The notes below the pieces were generated by a model. The model searched no databases. It saw only the letters and a program-made list of their open reading frames with translations, and was not told the DNA's origin. A DNA stretch of 58,620 bases, filler included, from Dirinaria sp. TL-2023a (Eukaryota), in NCBI GenBank assembly GCA_051941275.1. It is 6 parts of 6 records of this genome, joined end to end, with 100 filler letters (N's around TTAATTAATTAA, not from the genome) between each part and the next. Parts side by side here need not be neighbours in the genome. Positions count along the whole stretch, not along the records: positions 1 to 9,694 come from JAVEBF010001013.1; positions 9,795 to 19,485 come from JAVEBF010001014.1; 4 more parts are not named here. The stretch is one strand, 5' to 3'. This document shows positions 1-13,284 of the stretch, one piece after another; position 1 is the first letter of the stretch, and each line of letters begins with the position of its first letter. Position numbers and translations under genes: made by a program.

Positions 1-101
1 TTCTCCTTCTCTCGTTGCTCTTCATTGACCTGAAGACGACTGTTTCGCTTCTCGGCATGTATTGGGTGAGCTAATTTCGCTTTAAATCCGGTGGCTGCCA
101 T
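1..101 (-). CDS. Possible 5' end of a gene running off the contig start (MAATGFKAKLAHPIHAEKRNSRLQVNEEQREKE...)
   Basis: ATG at 101 in a good fungal context (aaaacATGgc) and an open frame to the window edge; no recognisable domain. Confidence 0.3.
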   Translation of the reverse strand, partial: MAATGFKAKLAHPIHAEKRNSRLQVNEEQREKE

Positions 102-749
102 GTTTTGCTACGGAGGGCACAAGCACTGCTACCGCCTCCAGCAGTGGTGCCGCGAGGATTTTATAGAGGTCATGAGAGCTGTGAACAGTGACTAATGGTA
201 GCATTGCCGAATGTTGAAGATTCATGAGGCTACGCGCCATCCGGAGGGCTGACTATAGATGAGGGTCCGGAGCCCGAGATGCGAAACAAGCACAAAACAG
301 TCGCAATTAATGAATTCAGGGACGCGCCACGAGTAATCCTTGTTCACCTGCATAACCCAATTTATGCTTCCGATGCTGCATTCTAACCGATGTTCTAGAA
401 GAATCATTCATGAACCTAAGACTTTTTATTGGCTCTGGTACCAGAATCGACTTCAGGCACAATCTACACATGACTGTTTGTTGCTGAGCAAGGACAAACA
501 TCATGAGCCAAAAGAAATGTGTCTCCATTGCATCAGCATGATAAAGCTTACTCATCCCAAATCCACTTCTAGTCAGATACATGTCCAGCTCATGAATGGC
601 ACTACAAATGATATAGCGGTAAGTATAAATTCCGCTGGTCCGGTAGAAGCACCGTCCATGCCAATTTTTTCTGTCCGACTAGACGCCAAGGCCTGCAGCA
701 TGCATGATGTGATATTTACTTTACATAGCCGAGGATTCCTCGTACAATC

Positions 750-1617
750 CTACCCTGTACGTGTATTCATGATCAAGGCAACGATGAGACTGTAGCATAT
801 CAGCAATTAAGAGCGGTTTTCTGCAATGGGGAAAAGTGCGCTCACCCATAGAGCCCTAGCACTTCCCCAAAGATCAAAATTAAAACCATGCCTACGAAGA
901 TACGCGATTGCTGCATGTAAGCCCGTACGCCCTGTGACATATGAGCAATGTTTCCCTTGATCTACGCAGTATGGCACACATACAGCATCTCCAACAATTC
1001 CTATTGTGTAGCCGGCTCCGAGTCCTGTAAGTCCCACGGACAGGCCTGCCCCCAGGTGCATGAAACCACTGCGGCTCTTTGTTAGCAAGGAACTCTCCAA
1101 AAAATATTGCGAAGCTGCGCCGTACTCGAATAAGCTGTAGGTTTTTGGTGGAGGCTTGACATCCCCAGCGATAAGGACTGCGATAACTAGCGAATAAACG
1201 GCGATGATACCAGCCATAACAACAGGAATTAAGGACTAGAGGTACAAGAGCATTAGCCATAGGCTCAGATGCCCCTTTCGAAGTATGCCACAGACCTTCA
1301 TGATAAGGTCGGACCTGAATGTTCCTACACCTGCAATGCCGATACCTGCTTTTGCGGTGCCATATGCTGCTCCAGCGCCTGTATTGTTTGTGAACATCTG
1401 TTTACCCACCTCTTCGGCTAGCCTTCGAACTTACACCCAAAAATCATCTGTACATCATACTAGATCAGACCACGGATCTCTCGAGACTTGTGCGTAACTT
1501 ACAGCAAAGGCAATTCCTCCCTTTCTTGACGTTAGTTTTGGGCAGCGCCAATCATCGCAGGGTACTTACCAAGCCAAAGAATGGCGCAAACTTGGGCGCG
1601 AGCTCTACCTCTGCCAT
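750..1617 (-). CDS. VMA11: V-type H+-ATPase proteolipid subunit c', 8 exons including 18-nt (1503-1520) and 13-nt (1435-1447) micro-exons
   Basis: Manual splicing gives [71 protein letters not shown]...[39 protein letters not shown] is c'-type; proton-carrying Glu present; GT-AG introns. Confidence 0.93.
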
Positions 1618-2333
1618 GGCGGGCTCACGTTGTATGTCAACCGACTGAGGCCTGAGGAGAGAAGCTTATTGCCACGAATGCAGCACGATGTCGCAGCTGT
1701 GGCGTTTCCTAATCGCCAGTCTTTGGACAGACAAGGAGCCCCAGTTTCACCAGCTAGCTCGACTCCGGTACCGAGATGGAGGAGCAACTCGATCGAAGAA
1801 GAGTTGTGGTCACTACTGAGCTTGGGTACAGTAGATGCAGATAAGCTAAAGGACAGTATCTTTACGGTATGCTCGGGATGCAGACAGATGGAAATGCCGT
1901 GCTGTCGCTTGCTCGGCGCTCCCGACACCGTCCTTGGCACGACTAGTACATGGAACCTGCACTTTACTTGACAAACCCTTAATCTTCACGATTTCGAGGT
2001 AGAAGTGTCTACATATTCATGTTCAGCTTCTTCAGATGTTCTACATAAGTAGTCTCACTTCCTCGATAGCGAGTACAAGCGACCGGAGAACGATTGCGCG
2101 TCCAAAATCGCAGCAACCGAAGGCTTGAAGCCCCAGGTACTGGTCACTAAACATCTGATTGAGTTACCCTGGCTTCTTCACTGCATGAGAGCTCACGTAC
2201 TGGCGGCCATCCGCATCGGCAGCTGGCCTTTTGTGGTTGTGAAGCTCCTACTGTAAGCGTCAGAGGCCGAGGGGGTCGCCACAAGGGAAAAAAGTCTGTT
2301 CAAGGTTCTTTGAAGACAAAAAGTGGGATAGGG

Positions 2334-5300
2334 ATGGCAGACTATGGAGTGCAACAAGGTCCGCCAAACACGCGGCCAAACAATTATGGCCATGCTTCCT
2401 CTTATCAAAGAGATGCCGCCTTCTCAAACATCTTTGGTGCAGCACCACCACCAGGAAGATCTCAGACAATGGGTTCCCAGACAGGCTCTGAACCTCCAGA
2501 AAGATCACAGACCATGACATCCCAGAGTTCCATGGCAAATCAGATCTCTTCAGCAGCAGCTATGCGGCGGCCTTCACCGATGCGTCAACAGCAGAATGGC
2601 TATCCTCCTCCTCCACAAACAAACGGATACTACGCGGGCCAGCGCTCTAACAGCCGGCCCATGCAGGCTCAGCCGCAACCTCAAAATCTCCCTCAACCTC
2701 TGAATCCTAGCAGTCGCCCCTATCCGCAACCGCAGCGGGTCGATTCTCGCCAACCGATTGCTCCTCAGTATAATAGACCACCCCCAAATCGTGGATATCC
2801 TCCCAGCATTACAGACTCATACAAACCACTGCCGAACCGGGGATACCCTCCGGACCCCAGCCTGAAATCGGATCCATACCGAACGCGATCGATGGCATCC
2901 ATGTCAAGTGCTCCAACTCTGAATGCTCCTATGAACAGCTACTCACAAGCTGCGGCCAATTCTTTCCGGCAACAGCAATACCAATCATATCAACCAGCGG
3001 GACCTAGAACAACGGCACAAGGGCGTGTGGTTCCTGAGAGACAGGATGAGCGAGCAATGTCAATGACTTCGTTCTCGATGGATAGGGATCATAATCAAAC
3101 AATGAGTGGAAGGATCATTCCGAACAGGAGACGCCAATCTGGACCTGATGGCGAGCTTTCATCGCAAGGAGCTTCACAATCGAACAGCCTGGCTTTTGAA
3201 GGTCGCACTACGAGCCCTCAGGAGGCTCTTCCTCCTTCACGGACAATGTCCATGGCGTCTACCATTGTCCCTTCTTCGGAGCGAAGTGACTCCCTGCAAC
3301 ACCGACCGTCAATGCAAAATAACTCGTCTTCTACCAGCGCTATTGTATCTGCCCAGAGCAGGGCTCCATTGGTATACCCGGCACTTCTATCCAGAGTAGC
3401 AGATGTCTTTCGAGAAAGAATTTCCGCCGGTGATCGGACAAAGAATGATCTATCGTACAAATTCGCCTTCAGTGGCAGTGAGGCCGTCGACCTCATTGCT
3501 TATATCATCAAGACAACGGATCGTAATCTCGCACTGCTGCTAGGCCGTGCTTTAGATGCCCAAAAGTTCTTCCATGATGTCACATACGACCATCGCCTTC
3601 GAGACTCCTCGACTGAGATCTTCCAGTTCAGGGAGTCTCTCATGGAAGATAACTCGACGAACGTCAATGGCGTCTTTACACTGATATCCGAATGTTATTC
3701 GCCGACCTGTACGAGGGATCAGCTCTGCTATTCGATAGCGTGCCCGAGACGCTTAGAACAGCAAGCCCGCCTAAACCTCCAGCCCCAGCCTGGACTAACG
3801 CGGCAGCAATCTACGGCCAGCTTGCATGCTGAAGAAGACAGCGACGAACAGAAGCTTTGGATCAACACCGTGTCCAAGGAAGTGGCCGACAGTGTTGGGG
3901 ATAGGGAGAAGAAAAGGCAAGAGGTCATTTCTGAGATCATGTATACCGAACGAGATTTCGTGAAGGACCTTGAATATTTACGGGACTTTTGGATGAAGCC
4001 TTTGCGGTCCAACAATCCCAATTACTCCCCTATACCCGAGCAGCGACGAGAAAAATTCATTCGAACCGTGTTTTCGAATTGCATGGAAGTTCATTCGGTC
4101 AATTCGAGAATGGCTGACGCTTTGACGCGACGACAGTATGAGAACCCGGTAGTCAGGAATGTTGGGGACATTTTCCTGACATACGTGCCTCGCTTCGAAC
4201 CTTTTATCAAGTACGGCGCAAACCAGCTGTATGGGAAATACGAGTTTGAGAAAGAAAGGTCGACGAATGCAGCTTTCGCGAGGTTCGTTGAAGAAACCGA
4301 ACGATTGAAAGAATCTCGCAAGCTCGAGCTTAACGGCTATCTAACGAAACCTACGACAAGACTTGCTCGGTATCCTCTGCTACTGGAGAATGTTGCGAAA
4401 TACACCGCCGAAGATAACCCAGATACCAAGGACATCCCTCAAGCGGTGGCATTGATCAAGGAATTCTTGTCAAAGGTCAACTACGAGTCAGGTAAAGCTG
4501 AGAATCAATTCAACTTGCGGCAGCTTCAAGCGCAGCTCAAGTGGGCCCCAGGCGAGAAAGGAGACCTGAAATTATTGGAAGAGAACCGCGAATTGGTCTA
4601 CAAGAGTCCGCTGAAGAAAGGTCCGGCTGATTCAAGCGAGATCCACGTTTACCTCTTCAATCATGCCTTGTTGTTCGTGAGGCACAAGCTTATCAACAAG
4701 CGAGAGGAGCTGAAGGTGTACAAGAGACCGATACCGCTTGAGCTTTTGGTCATCACCCAGATGGATGAGGTGATTCCAAAACCTGGCTTGAAACGACCGT
4801 CATCAAGTCTAATTCCCGGGGTCAAGAACGCTGCAATAAACGGACCCAAAGCCGCGCCGGGCACAAAGGAAGGCTTTCCCATTACATTTCGGCATATTGG
4901 CAAGGGTGGCTACGATCTCACGTTGTATGCCCTTTCACAAATCCAGAGAAGAAAGTGGATGGAAAATATCGAAGGCCAGCAGAGCAAACTCCGAGAACGA
5001 GGGAATTTTTATATCAAGACTACACTTTGTGACAACTTCTTCTCGAGCCTCCACCGAGTTAATTGTCTCGTCCCAATTGGTAAGCTTTCCTGGACCTCTT
5101 CATCTGAGCCAGTATTGACCTACCTTTTAGATGGTGGCCGGAAGCTCGTGTATGGGACCGACACTGGCGTCTATGTCTCGGATCGGCGCAAGACTGCCGA
5201 TGCCCGGCCAAAACGTGTTCTGGACATCACTAACGTCACGCAAATCGATGTTCTAGAAGAGTATCAGCTTCTCCTTGTACTTGCGGCCAAGAGCTTGCTG

Positions 5301-6173
5301 TCATATCCTGCCGAGGTTCTAGACCCCAACGACAACCAATCCCCGTTGATGCGGAGACCAAAAAAGATCCAAAATCACGCCAACTTCTTCACAGCCGGTG
5401 TTTGCATGGGAAGACATCTGGTATGCTCGGCCAAAATGTCAGGCATTTCAACCACCATCAAGGTCTTTGAGCCGATGGATACCATCTCCAAAGGCAAGAA
5501 GAAGCCTGCGATCGGCAGAATGTTCCAAAGCGGTCAGGAGACGCTGAAGCCTTTCAAGGTAAGTTCAACGTTCTCGTGGTTGCCAATTATTAAAACCCGA
5601 TCAGGAGTTCTACGTGCCGGCCGAATCTCAGTCAATAGACTTCCTTCGATCCAAGCTCTGCGTTGCCTGCACTCGCGGCTTTGAGGTTGTGAGCCTTGAA
5701 ACACTGGAGACGCAGCCATTGCTTGACCACGCAGATACGTCGCTCGATTTTGTGACCCGTAAAGACAACAACCCAATTGCGATTGAACGCCTGAACGGAG
5801 AGTTTCTCCTGCATTATACGGACTTCTCCTTCTTCGTCAACCGCAACGGCTGGCGAGCGAGACCCGATTGGCTCATCAATTGGGAGGGGCGGCCTACGCA
5901 TTTTGCGCTCTCGCACCCCTATCTCCTGGCTTTTGAACCGAACTTCATCGAGATTCGGCATTTGGAGTCGAGTGCTTTGGTGCACATTGTAACGGCGAAG
6001 AATATCCGCATGTTGCATTCTTCGACTAGTGAGGTAGGTCTTGGCAATTGCCTGCCCCAGCGCTTGCCAAAGTCGCCGCTGCTAATCACTCTTAGATTCT
6101 GTATGCTTACGAAGACGAAGACGGCCAAGATATTGTCGCAAGTCTGGATTTCTGGAACAAACCGACCCAGTGA
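2334..6173 (+). CDS. ROM2: Rho1 guanine nucleotide exchange factor (DEP-DH-PH-CNH); introns 5080-5130, 5559-5604, 6034-6095
   Basis: DEP (FSGSEAVD...ALDAQKFFHDVTYDHRLRDS), DH (KRQEVISEIMYTERDFVKDL; KPTTRLARYPLLL), CNH (FFVNRNGWRARPDW); last exon ILYAYEDEDGQDIVASLDFWNKPTQ*. Confidence 0.95.
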
Positions 6174-6930
6174 TGCGACCATACAGCATACCTCGACATC
6201 AGAGAAAACATACCGCTCCGAATGCTCTACCACGCTGTCCGCGTTGGGGCAATTGATCGCCTAGCACTCATCTTCGCCTGTTTGATCCAAGCGTCATTGC
6301 GTACCATTCATCAAGTGTCGTTAATGTCCCAATTTCATTGGCTAGCTGCAATAGAAGGCGTTATCTTGAGCTGGCGGTGTTCGTGATATGCAGCGGTCAA
6401 TGATCGAACGGGAGGGGCAAGAGATCACGAAAGGGGCGTTTTGTGTCTGCTTGTGAGCATCTGTTTTGAGATAACAGCACATCGGGAGGGGATTTCAAGG
6501 ACGCTAGCTATCCCTTCGGTGCACGCAATACTAAGTAGTCGTTGCATTTCTCTGTATGTGCATGTTGCATTTTTGGAGAAAACTTGACAGGCATGCTAAA
6601 TGTAGTCGATGTGCTCATCCTGCTTCTTGACCATGACCATCGGACTAAGATCAAATTACAATACTTGTAGCCAGGAGGATTCCGGTAAGTACCTTACCTG
6701 ACAGTCATTCGATGCTTTGCCAAGACATTGAAACCCTAGTGGGCTGAGAAGCATTGTTGATCCTTGGTCTTGTTATTATACCTGAGACCCGGCTACCTTA
6801 TGCCTCTGAATGAAAAGTTTTAGTTCGGTTTCATGCCAGTCTACCTCTCCAAAGCTATGACAGATGACCGTAGCTCCTGGCACTTCACCAGGAGTAGCTC
6901 ACTCTCGAGACTCCTCTAGCCAATCCAACT

Positions 6931-9694
6931 ATGTTCAATCTCAACGCCCTTGTCCAGAAGGCTCAATCGTTGATTGACCCGTCGGCCGTGAACTCCAAAG
7001 CTTCAGAGGGTATACCTTCAAAAGCTGCTCTGTTCCGCCTCCAATTCCGTCTACCCGACTCCCAGACGCCGCTTTACGAGACCACCGCCGAGCTCTCGCT
7101 ATCCGCCGGCCGTTCCACGCGATCCACCCAAGCGAACGGCGAGAAATCGAGGAATAATGAGCGAGGAAACACATATGTGGGCAAATTACACTTGAGCGAA
7201 AGCTTTCTCTGCTTCTCTACGCAGCCTACCAGCTTCCTTCCAGGCGCGAGCGTACAAGCTTCCAGCGGCTTCACAGGTCAGACTCACGGGACCGGGCCAG
7301 CGGGCAATGGCTTTACCATCCCACTTTGCGCCATACGTCGAGTCGAGAGGTTGCAGACACAGAACGCCCTCTATGCGTTGGCTTTAACGACATGGAACGG
7401 CAGCGTGGTGTCGGGAAAGCAAAGTAGCCCTGAAGATGCCCAAAAGTTCACGGTCCAGCTTGCAGGGAGCCGGCTGGCTTGTCAGAGGTTCTGCGACGGT
7501 TTGAAGGTGGGACTGAAAAATGCTATTAAAGATACAGACAAGATGAGGTCCGTGGTATCGGAATGCTACTCCGAATACCTGCTCGCAACTGTGAAGGTAC
7601 CAAAGGGCGATACCACTCAAGTCAGTAGAGGAAAGGAGCCACCGGATGCTGGATTGGGGTTGGTTTTCAGGTATCCCGGTGATGCCAGAAAACTGCGAGA
7701 CAAAAGCAAGATGAGGTTATGGGATGAATATTTCCGAGGTGGGTCAGGCGCATCTGTGGGGGACGGAAAGTATCTGAACTTGCAACAGAGAATGGCCGAA
7801 ATGCTACGCTGATCCGACAGCCTACCTTTCACAAGCTGATTCGAGTCGGATTACCGAACCGGTTGCGTGGCGAGGTATGGGAGCTCACATCGGGATCTCT
7901 CTTCACCCGTTTGCAAAAGCCCAAGCTGTTTGAGGAGACTCTCTCAAGGAATTCTGGGCGCGGGTCTCTGGCTATCGACGAGATCGAGAAGGATCTCAAT
8001 CGAAGTTTGCCAGAGTATCCTGGCTTCCAAAGCGAGGAAGGCATTGGGCGGCTGCGACGGGTTCTGACAGCCTACAGCTGGATCAATGCAGAAGTAGGCT
8101 ATTGCCAGGCAATGAACATAGTTGTGGCGGCACTTCTTATGTTCGTTCTGGCCCCGCTTACTACACCCCGGCGACTGCTTACCTTCATAGATACATGTCT
8201 GAGTCGCAAGCATTTTTCCTGCTCTCCGTCCTCTGTGACCGCTTGTTGCCCGGCTACTATTCGACCACCATGTACGGTACTCTACTGGACCAGCGTGTCT
8301 TCGAGTCCCTGGTCGAAAAGACAATGCCGATCCTGTGGGAGCATCTGGTGAAATCGGACGTTCAATTATCTGTCGTTTCGTTGCCTTGGTTTCTCTCCTT
8401 GTACATCAATTCCATGCCCCTGGTGTTTGCATTTCGAGTGTTAGACGTCTTCTTCTTGGAAGGGCCCAAGGTACTTTTTCAGGTGGGCCTCGCCATATTA
8501 CGCATGAATGGCGAGGAGCTTCTCGATATTACGGATGACGGCACTTTCATATCAATTTTGAAAACATACTTCTCTCGCTTGGGCGAATCTGCTTACCCCA
8601 AATCCGAAAACGAAAAGACACGAGCGATCACCAGGTTCCAAGAACTCATGGTCACCGCTTTCAAGGAATTTTCAGGCATCACACAATCTATGATATCGGA
8701 CCAGCGAGCCAAGCACAAGGATGCAGTGCTGGACAACATTGAGAGCTTTGCGAAGAGGACTTCCATCCGCAACCTCGGTCCTGATAGCAAGCGCTTAAGT
8801 GTGGATGATTTAGGCTTCCTGTACGATCGGTTCTATAGCATACTGTACGAAAGAGAACAGCGAACGCAGATGCTACGGGAAGAGAACGATCAAAGAGCCA
8901 AAGCTGCGAAGACGAAAGCCAACGAGGTAGTGACGGGCATTCCTGGAAATACGAGCGTTGAAATCGGTCGAGTGGGACTTGGACCAAGCTCAACTCAAAT
9001 GAACTATGATGCCTTTAGAGAGTTCCTCGCCAGTGTTACCAAATGGGCTGTAACAGACTCGCCAACATCCCCGCGAAAAGAATCTTCGTCCGAGAAAGAT
9101 AGTATATATTCAGGGCACAGTGGTAGGAGCCGGAGTTTCTCTTTACAGCCGTGGGGATCCAGTGCGGAGCCGGCGGACCACGACTTCATGCAGCGTTTGT
9201 ACGGCAGATGGAACACCGAGGACAGCGATGGCCTGAGTTTGCAAAACGTGGTCTCTGGTCTAGCGCAAGTCAAAGGGACGAGAGATCTGATGTCAACAAT
9301 CAGCTATTTCTTCAATCTCTATGACGACGACCAAGACGGCAATGTCGACCGTGAAGGCATCTTGCGGATATCCGAAGCACTCCTTTTCCTCACACGTCGA
9401 GGTCTGGGAGGTAGTCTTACTCCTTCGCCCTCATCAACAAGCCTTGCTCAAGCCGCCGATCCCGACAACGCCAGCGCAAACAGCGACGAAAAGATCCTCA
9501 ACAGCGTCAGTGCCTTCATCCGTCGCTGCTTCGAATACGCCGACCCGGACCATCCCCAAAACCAGCCCAACACCAACACCACTACTTCTACTTCTCCCTC
9601 CGAGCTTGCCGACGGCGTGAACAGCTTCTCCATCGGTGACGACGAAGACGAAGATCTCCTCGACCTCAACCCTAAACCACCCCAACCCCCGACC
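6931..9694 (+). CDS. GYP2: TBC-domain Rab GTPase-activating protein with GRAM-like N-terminus and EF-hand; 3' end truncated at the contig end; introns 7739-7788, 8141-8190
   Basis: [19 protein letters not shown] (Arg finger), YCQAMN (Gln finger), EF-hand-like [12 protein letters not shown]. Confidence 0.9.
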
Positions 9695-9794
9695 NNNNNN
9701 NNNNNNNNNNNNNNNNNNNNNNNNNNNNNNNNNNNNNNTTAATTAATTAANNNNNNNNNNNNNNNNNNNNNNNNNNNNNNNNNNNNNNNNNNNN
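9695..9794. other. Artificial contig linker (44 N + TTAATTAATTAA + 44 N)
   Basis: Exact 100-bp spacer with stops in all six frames, repeated five times in the window. Confidence 0.98.
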
Positions 9795-10271
9795 AATCAA
9801 TAGTGAGAAACAAAAAAAGAAATTCAAGTCAGTAGAAATCAGAGCTTTCGAAAACTTATTATCTCATATAGGTAGAAGGAGAGGTTGCGGGGGGCATGCT
9901 CTAGGTGGTTTAGGGGATTTTTGGGTGCAATCCAACTTTGCGACCGTAGCAAAGGTGTAATATATGGTTTATGGCCAGTGTCCTGACACTTATCCATAAA
10001 TTAGCTTCTCACAGTGTCGCCCAATTGGTGACAATTTACTTTTAAGATAAAGATACGATTGTATTCCTCCTTGTACAGAAGAAAATTTTCAGCGCTGAAC
10101 GCGAGGTCACGGGATCATTGAAGCCCTACCGGACAAAGCGATACATGATGTAGGTCAATCAGATACCACTTCGAATCGATTTGGCATGGGCAGCATTCAT
10201 AGCTCGTTATTCGAGCTCGAAATTCTCAGACATCGCTGACTGAAGTCTACCTCTGGCTACCCGCTCCCGCC

Positions 10272-11275
10272 ATGCCCAAGCGAATAATTGTTTTCGGTGG
10301 CACCGGGTTCCTAGGTATTTCTCCATCCATCCCATTTCCTCTTCCTGAGCTGTTGAAAACTAATTTCCTCTTTTTTGGCCAGGTTCTCGAATCTGTAAAT
10401 ATGCCGCGGCTCGTTCGTGGACAACTGTTTCCCTCTCCCGCTCCGGTGCTCCTGCTTGGTCAACAATCTCCTCCTCGCCTGACCCTCCACCATGGTCTTC
10501 GTCTGTATCCTGGGAAAAGGGCGATATACTCCAACCTTCCACCTACGCGCACTTACTCAAGGATGCGGACTGCGTGGTACATACCATGGGCATACTGTTG
10601 GAAGCGGACTACAAAGGCGTGCTGCAAGGACGAGAGAGCCCCATAGCTGGGCTGAGGAACGCGTTCCAGAGTAGAAAAGCAGGGAGCAGGGGAAATCCTT
10701 TGGAGAGAGAAGCGGGTGAAGGAGTTGAGGTTGGAGGGGATGGAGTGACGTATGAGCTGATGAATAGAGATAGTGGTATGTTCGCATTACCCTAAGTTGC
10801 TCATTTCAGAGATTCGGGAGAGAGGATTAGCTGATGATGTTTGGGAATAGCAATCACGTTAGCCCGAGAATCATCAAACGCCTCTGTGCCTTCTTTCGTC
10901 TACATCTCCGCCGCAGCCGGTACACCCATCCTGCCCGCACGATACATCAACACGAAGCGCGAGGCCGAATCCACCATCGCCTCCAGCTTCCCCAAACTAA
11001 GGAGTATCTTTGTAAGGCCGGGTTTTTTGTATGACTCGTCAAGAGCATTCACGATGCCTATAGCGTTCTTTGGTGCTGCTGGAAATATGGTGAATTCGAT
11101 GCTCGGTGGCCGGTTGACGCCCATAGTGGGAGCAGCGGTGGAAAAGCCGCTCAAGCCGGATCTAGTCGCGGAGGCCGTTGTGGAAGCTATTGAGGATGAG
11201 GGTGTCAAAGGTGTTGTGGCAACTGGGAGGATAGAAGAGTTGGCAACAAAGGCTTGGAGGAGGGGAATGCTGTAG
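10272..11275 (+). CDS. COQ11: Atypical SDR / NAD(P)-binding epimerase-family protein (yeast YLR290C/Coq11-like); introns 10315-10382, 10776-10850
   Basis: Rossmann IIVFGGTGFLG-SRIC...VSLSRSG, VHTMGILLE, TYELMNRDSA, FVYISAA...RYINTKREAE, RPGFLYD. Confidence 0.8.
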
Positions 11276-11422
11276 ACATGATGTCGACAATACTGCATTC
11301 TGTCCATAACGAATATACCTTTCTCGCTATGTAATCCCGCTGTACGGAACATTCAGGGGCTCCAATCATATCGCCTGAACGCCTCGCTATGAGAAAATGT
11401 AGCCAACTACTGCTGCTCCAAC

Positions 11423-12511
11423 TCATATCATCGTGCCACGTTCGAAGCTGTCTCGGATTTCGGCCGTGTACTAAAGAAAATTCTTAGTATTTTCATCATG
11501 GGAGAGATTATAATAATACTCACCTTGTTGTAGAATCGTGCCAGCTTCTGGTTGAATTGTTCTGCGAAAATGTCAGTACTATAAAGGAGCAAAGACGAGG
11601 AGAATTCGGCATACTGTTCTTGTCGTTGATATACGTCACATCTCCTTCCTCCTGATCCATACCCCGTTCTCTCCTCTTCTTCAATCGTGTCTCTTCCGCC
11701 TTGCGGATATCGCTCACTAAACGGTCCACAGCTGCTTTCTCAGGCCTGTTCTCGACAAAATCCGTGCTATCAGCCGTGGAATAGAATGTCCCATCTTTAT
11801 CAACAGCCACAAGCTCTCCGTCGTCCGTCTCGACAATCTCTAATCCCCCGTTCATAGCCGCCTTTTGGACCGCAGCTGCCTTCTGTTTTTCATACCCTTC
11901 CATATCGGGCTTCATCTCTCGCAGCTGGCGCTTGTAGATCTTGCGCGCATCCTGCCGATAGTCTTGAAAAGCGACATCCTCTCGATGCTTCTCCTTCTTC
12001 GCCATCCGCTTGTCCCACTTCTCGGACTCATCAATAGTCCAATCCCATGCGCGTTTTCGCTCGAAGTCTTCCCCCGCTGCGGCGGTGTCGGCTTTTAGTA
12101 GATTGTGAGACGCGAAGGCTTGTTTGCGAGAGAGGGAGGACAGAAGACTGGGGTCGGTGGCTTGTCGCTGAGCCTCGGCGGCAGCTTCTTTCATGTTCTT
12201 TTGGGCCGATGATTTCTACTCACATGTTAGCAAACGCCAGGGGAAGTGTGGACGGCACATGTCTCTCAGCAACGTACCGCACGCGCTTGCAAAGCTTTAA
12301 ATCTGGCTTGTCTTTCTTCATTGGCGGATTCCTGTTCGCCTTTGTCCCTTGCGGAATCTCCTTCTATAGCGTGCGCTGGCTTTGCTGGGTCTGTTTGCAC
12401 TGGTGTTGCTTGCTCCGTAATTTCTGTCGCCAATGGCTCATGGCCAGTTACTTCTTCCCTCGTACCTGTCTCAGATTCGGAGGCAATCTTGCGCTTCTTT
12501 GATGGCGGCAT
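11423..12511 (-). CDS. SYF2: Pre-mRNA splicing factor Syf2 (NTC component), 4 exons
   Basis: DFERKRAWDWTIDESEKW, VTYINDKNKQFNQKLARFYNKYTAEIRDSFERGTMI* after splicing (introns 12216-12277, 11562-11614, 11471-11523). Confidence 0.93.
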
Positions 12512-13284
12512 TGTGGCGTTGGTGGGTTGATGTATGTGGCTATGGTATAAAAGCGTCAAAGTGGCTCAGAGTACGTTTATCTGACAGCGCTCGAGGGGCT
12601 CCGATGTACATTATCCAGGGTTAATCAAGGGTCCAAAGCCGAAAGATCCAACAAATGTTTGCTCGATAAATCGGACACTTTTGGGTGAGGCTTGGCGCAT
12701 TTATTGTCCGGTTCATTTTGCAAGCCGCGGGGCTACCCTTATCACTAGACCCAATCAAATCTACGTCAAGTCGAGCCCGAATTCATCGTCAAAAGATCGC
12801 CAAATTTTTTAATCTATCGCTCCTACTTCTCCATATCTCAGATTTAGAATTACAAAGTCATCTTTTTTACCTTTAGCACTCAACGATTTATCGATATAAT
12901 AGTGAGACGTTCATAGTGAACCAGTCCATTGTCGCTCGTTAAACCGTCTATGCTTAAACCTCGTCATTTTGTCTGAGTGTAGGAATGAAGCTGTATAATT
13001 CTGAGGTAGCAAGGGGTTGAAAGCCTTGATAGGTAAGGAAAATGGTGTGGCAGCAGAGTAGAGTGGTGTGGCGGCAGTGGGATCCTTTGCTGATGGGAGG
13101 CAGAGCAATCCACTATTCAATCAGCATGATTACTTAAAATAGCGTTATGCCAACTAGCAAAGATGGCCAAGCCATAATACTGTGCACTCACATGCCTTGA
13201 AACTTACCTGCAGCTGCCCAGATGCATTTGTGGAATCCAATTCCCCCAGTTACAGAACATTTATGACCCCATGGCCAATGTCAC

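Noticed and set aside
340..795. 151-aa plus-strand ORF
   Set aside because: Non-ATG start in the track, no recognisable motifs, and it overlaps the VMA11 last exon and 3' region in antisense
9739..9750. TTAATTAATTAA recurring about every 9.8 kb as a biological repeat or TTAA transposon target site
   Set aside because: Always centred in exactly 44+44 N; it is a synthetic six-frame-stop linker
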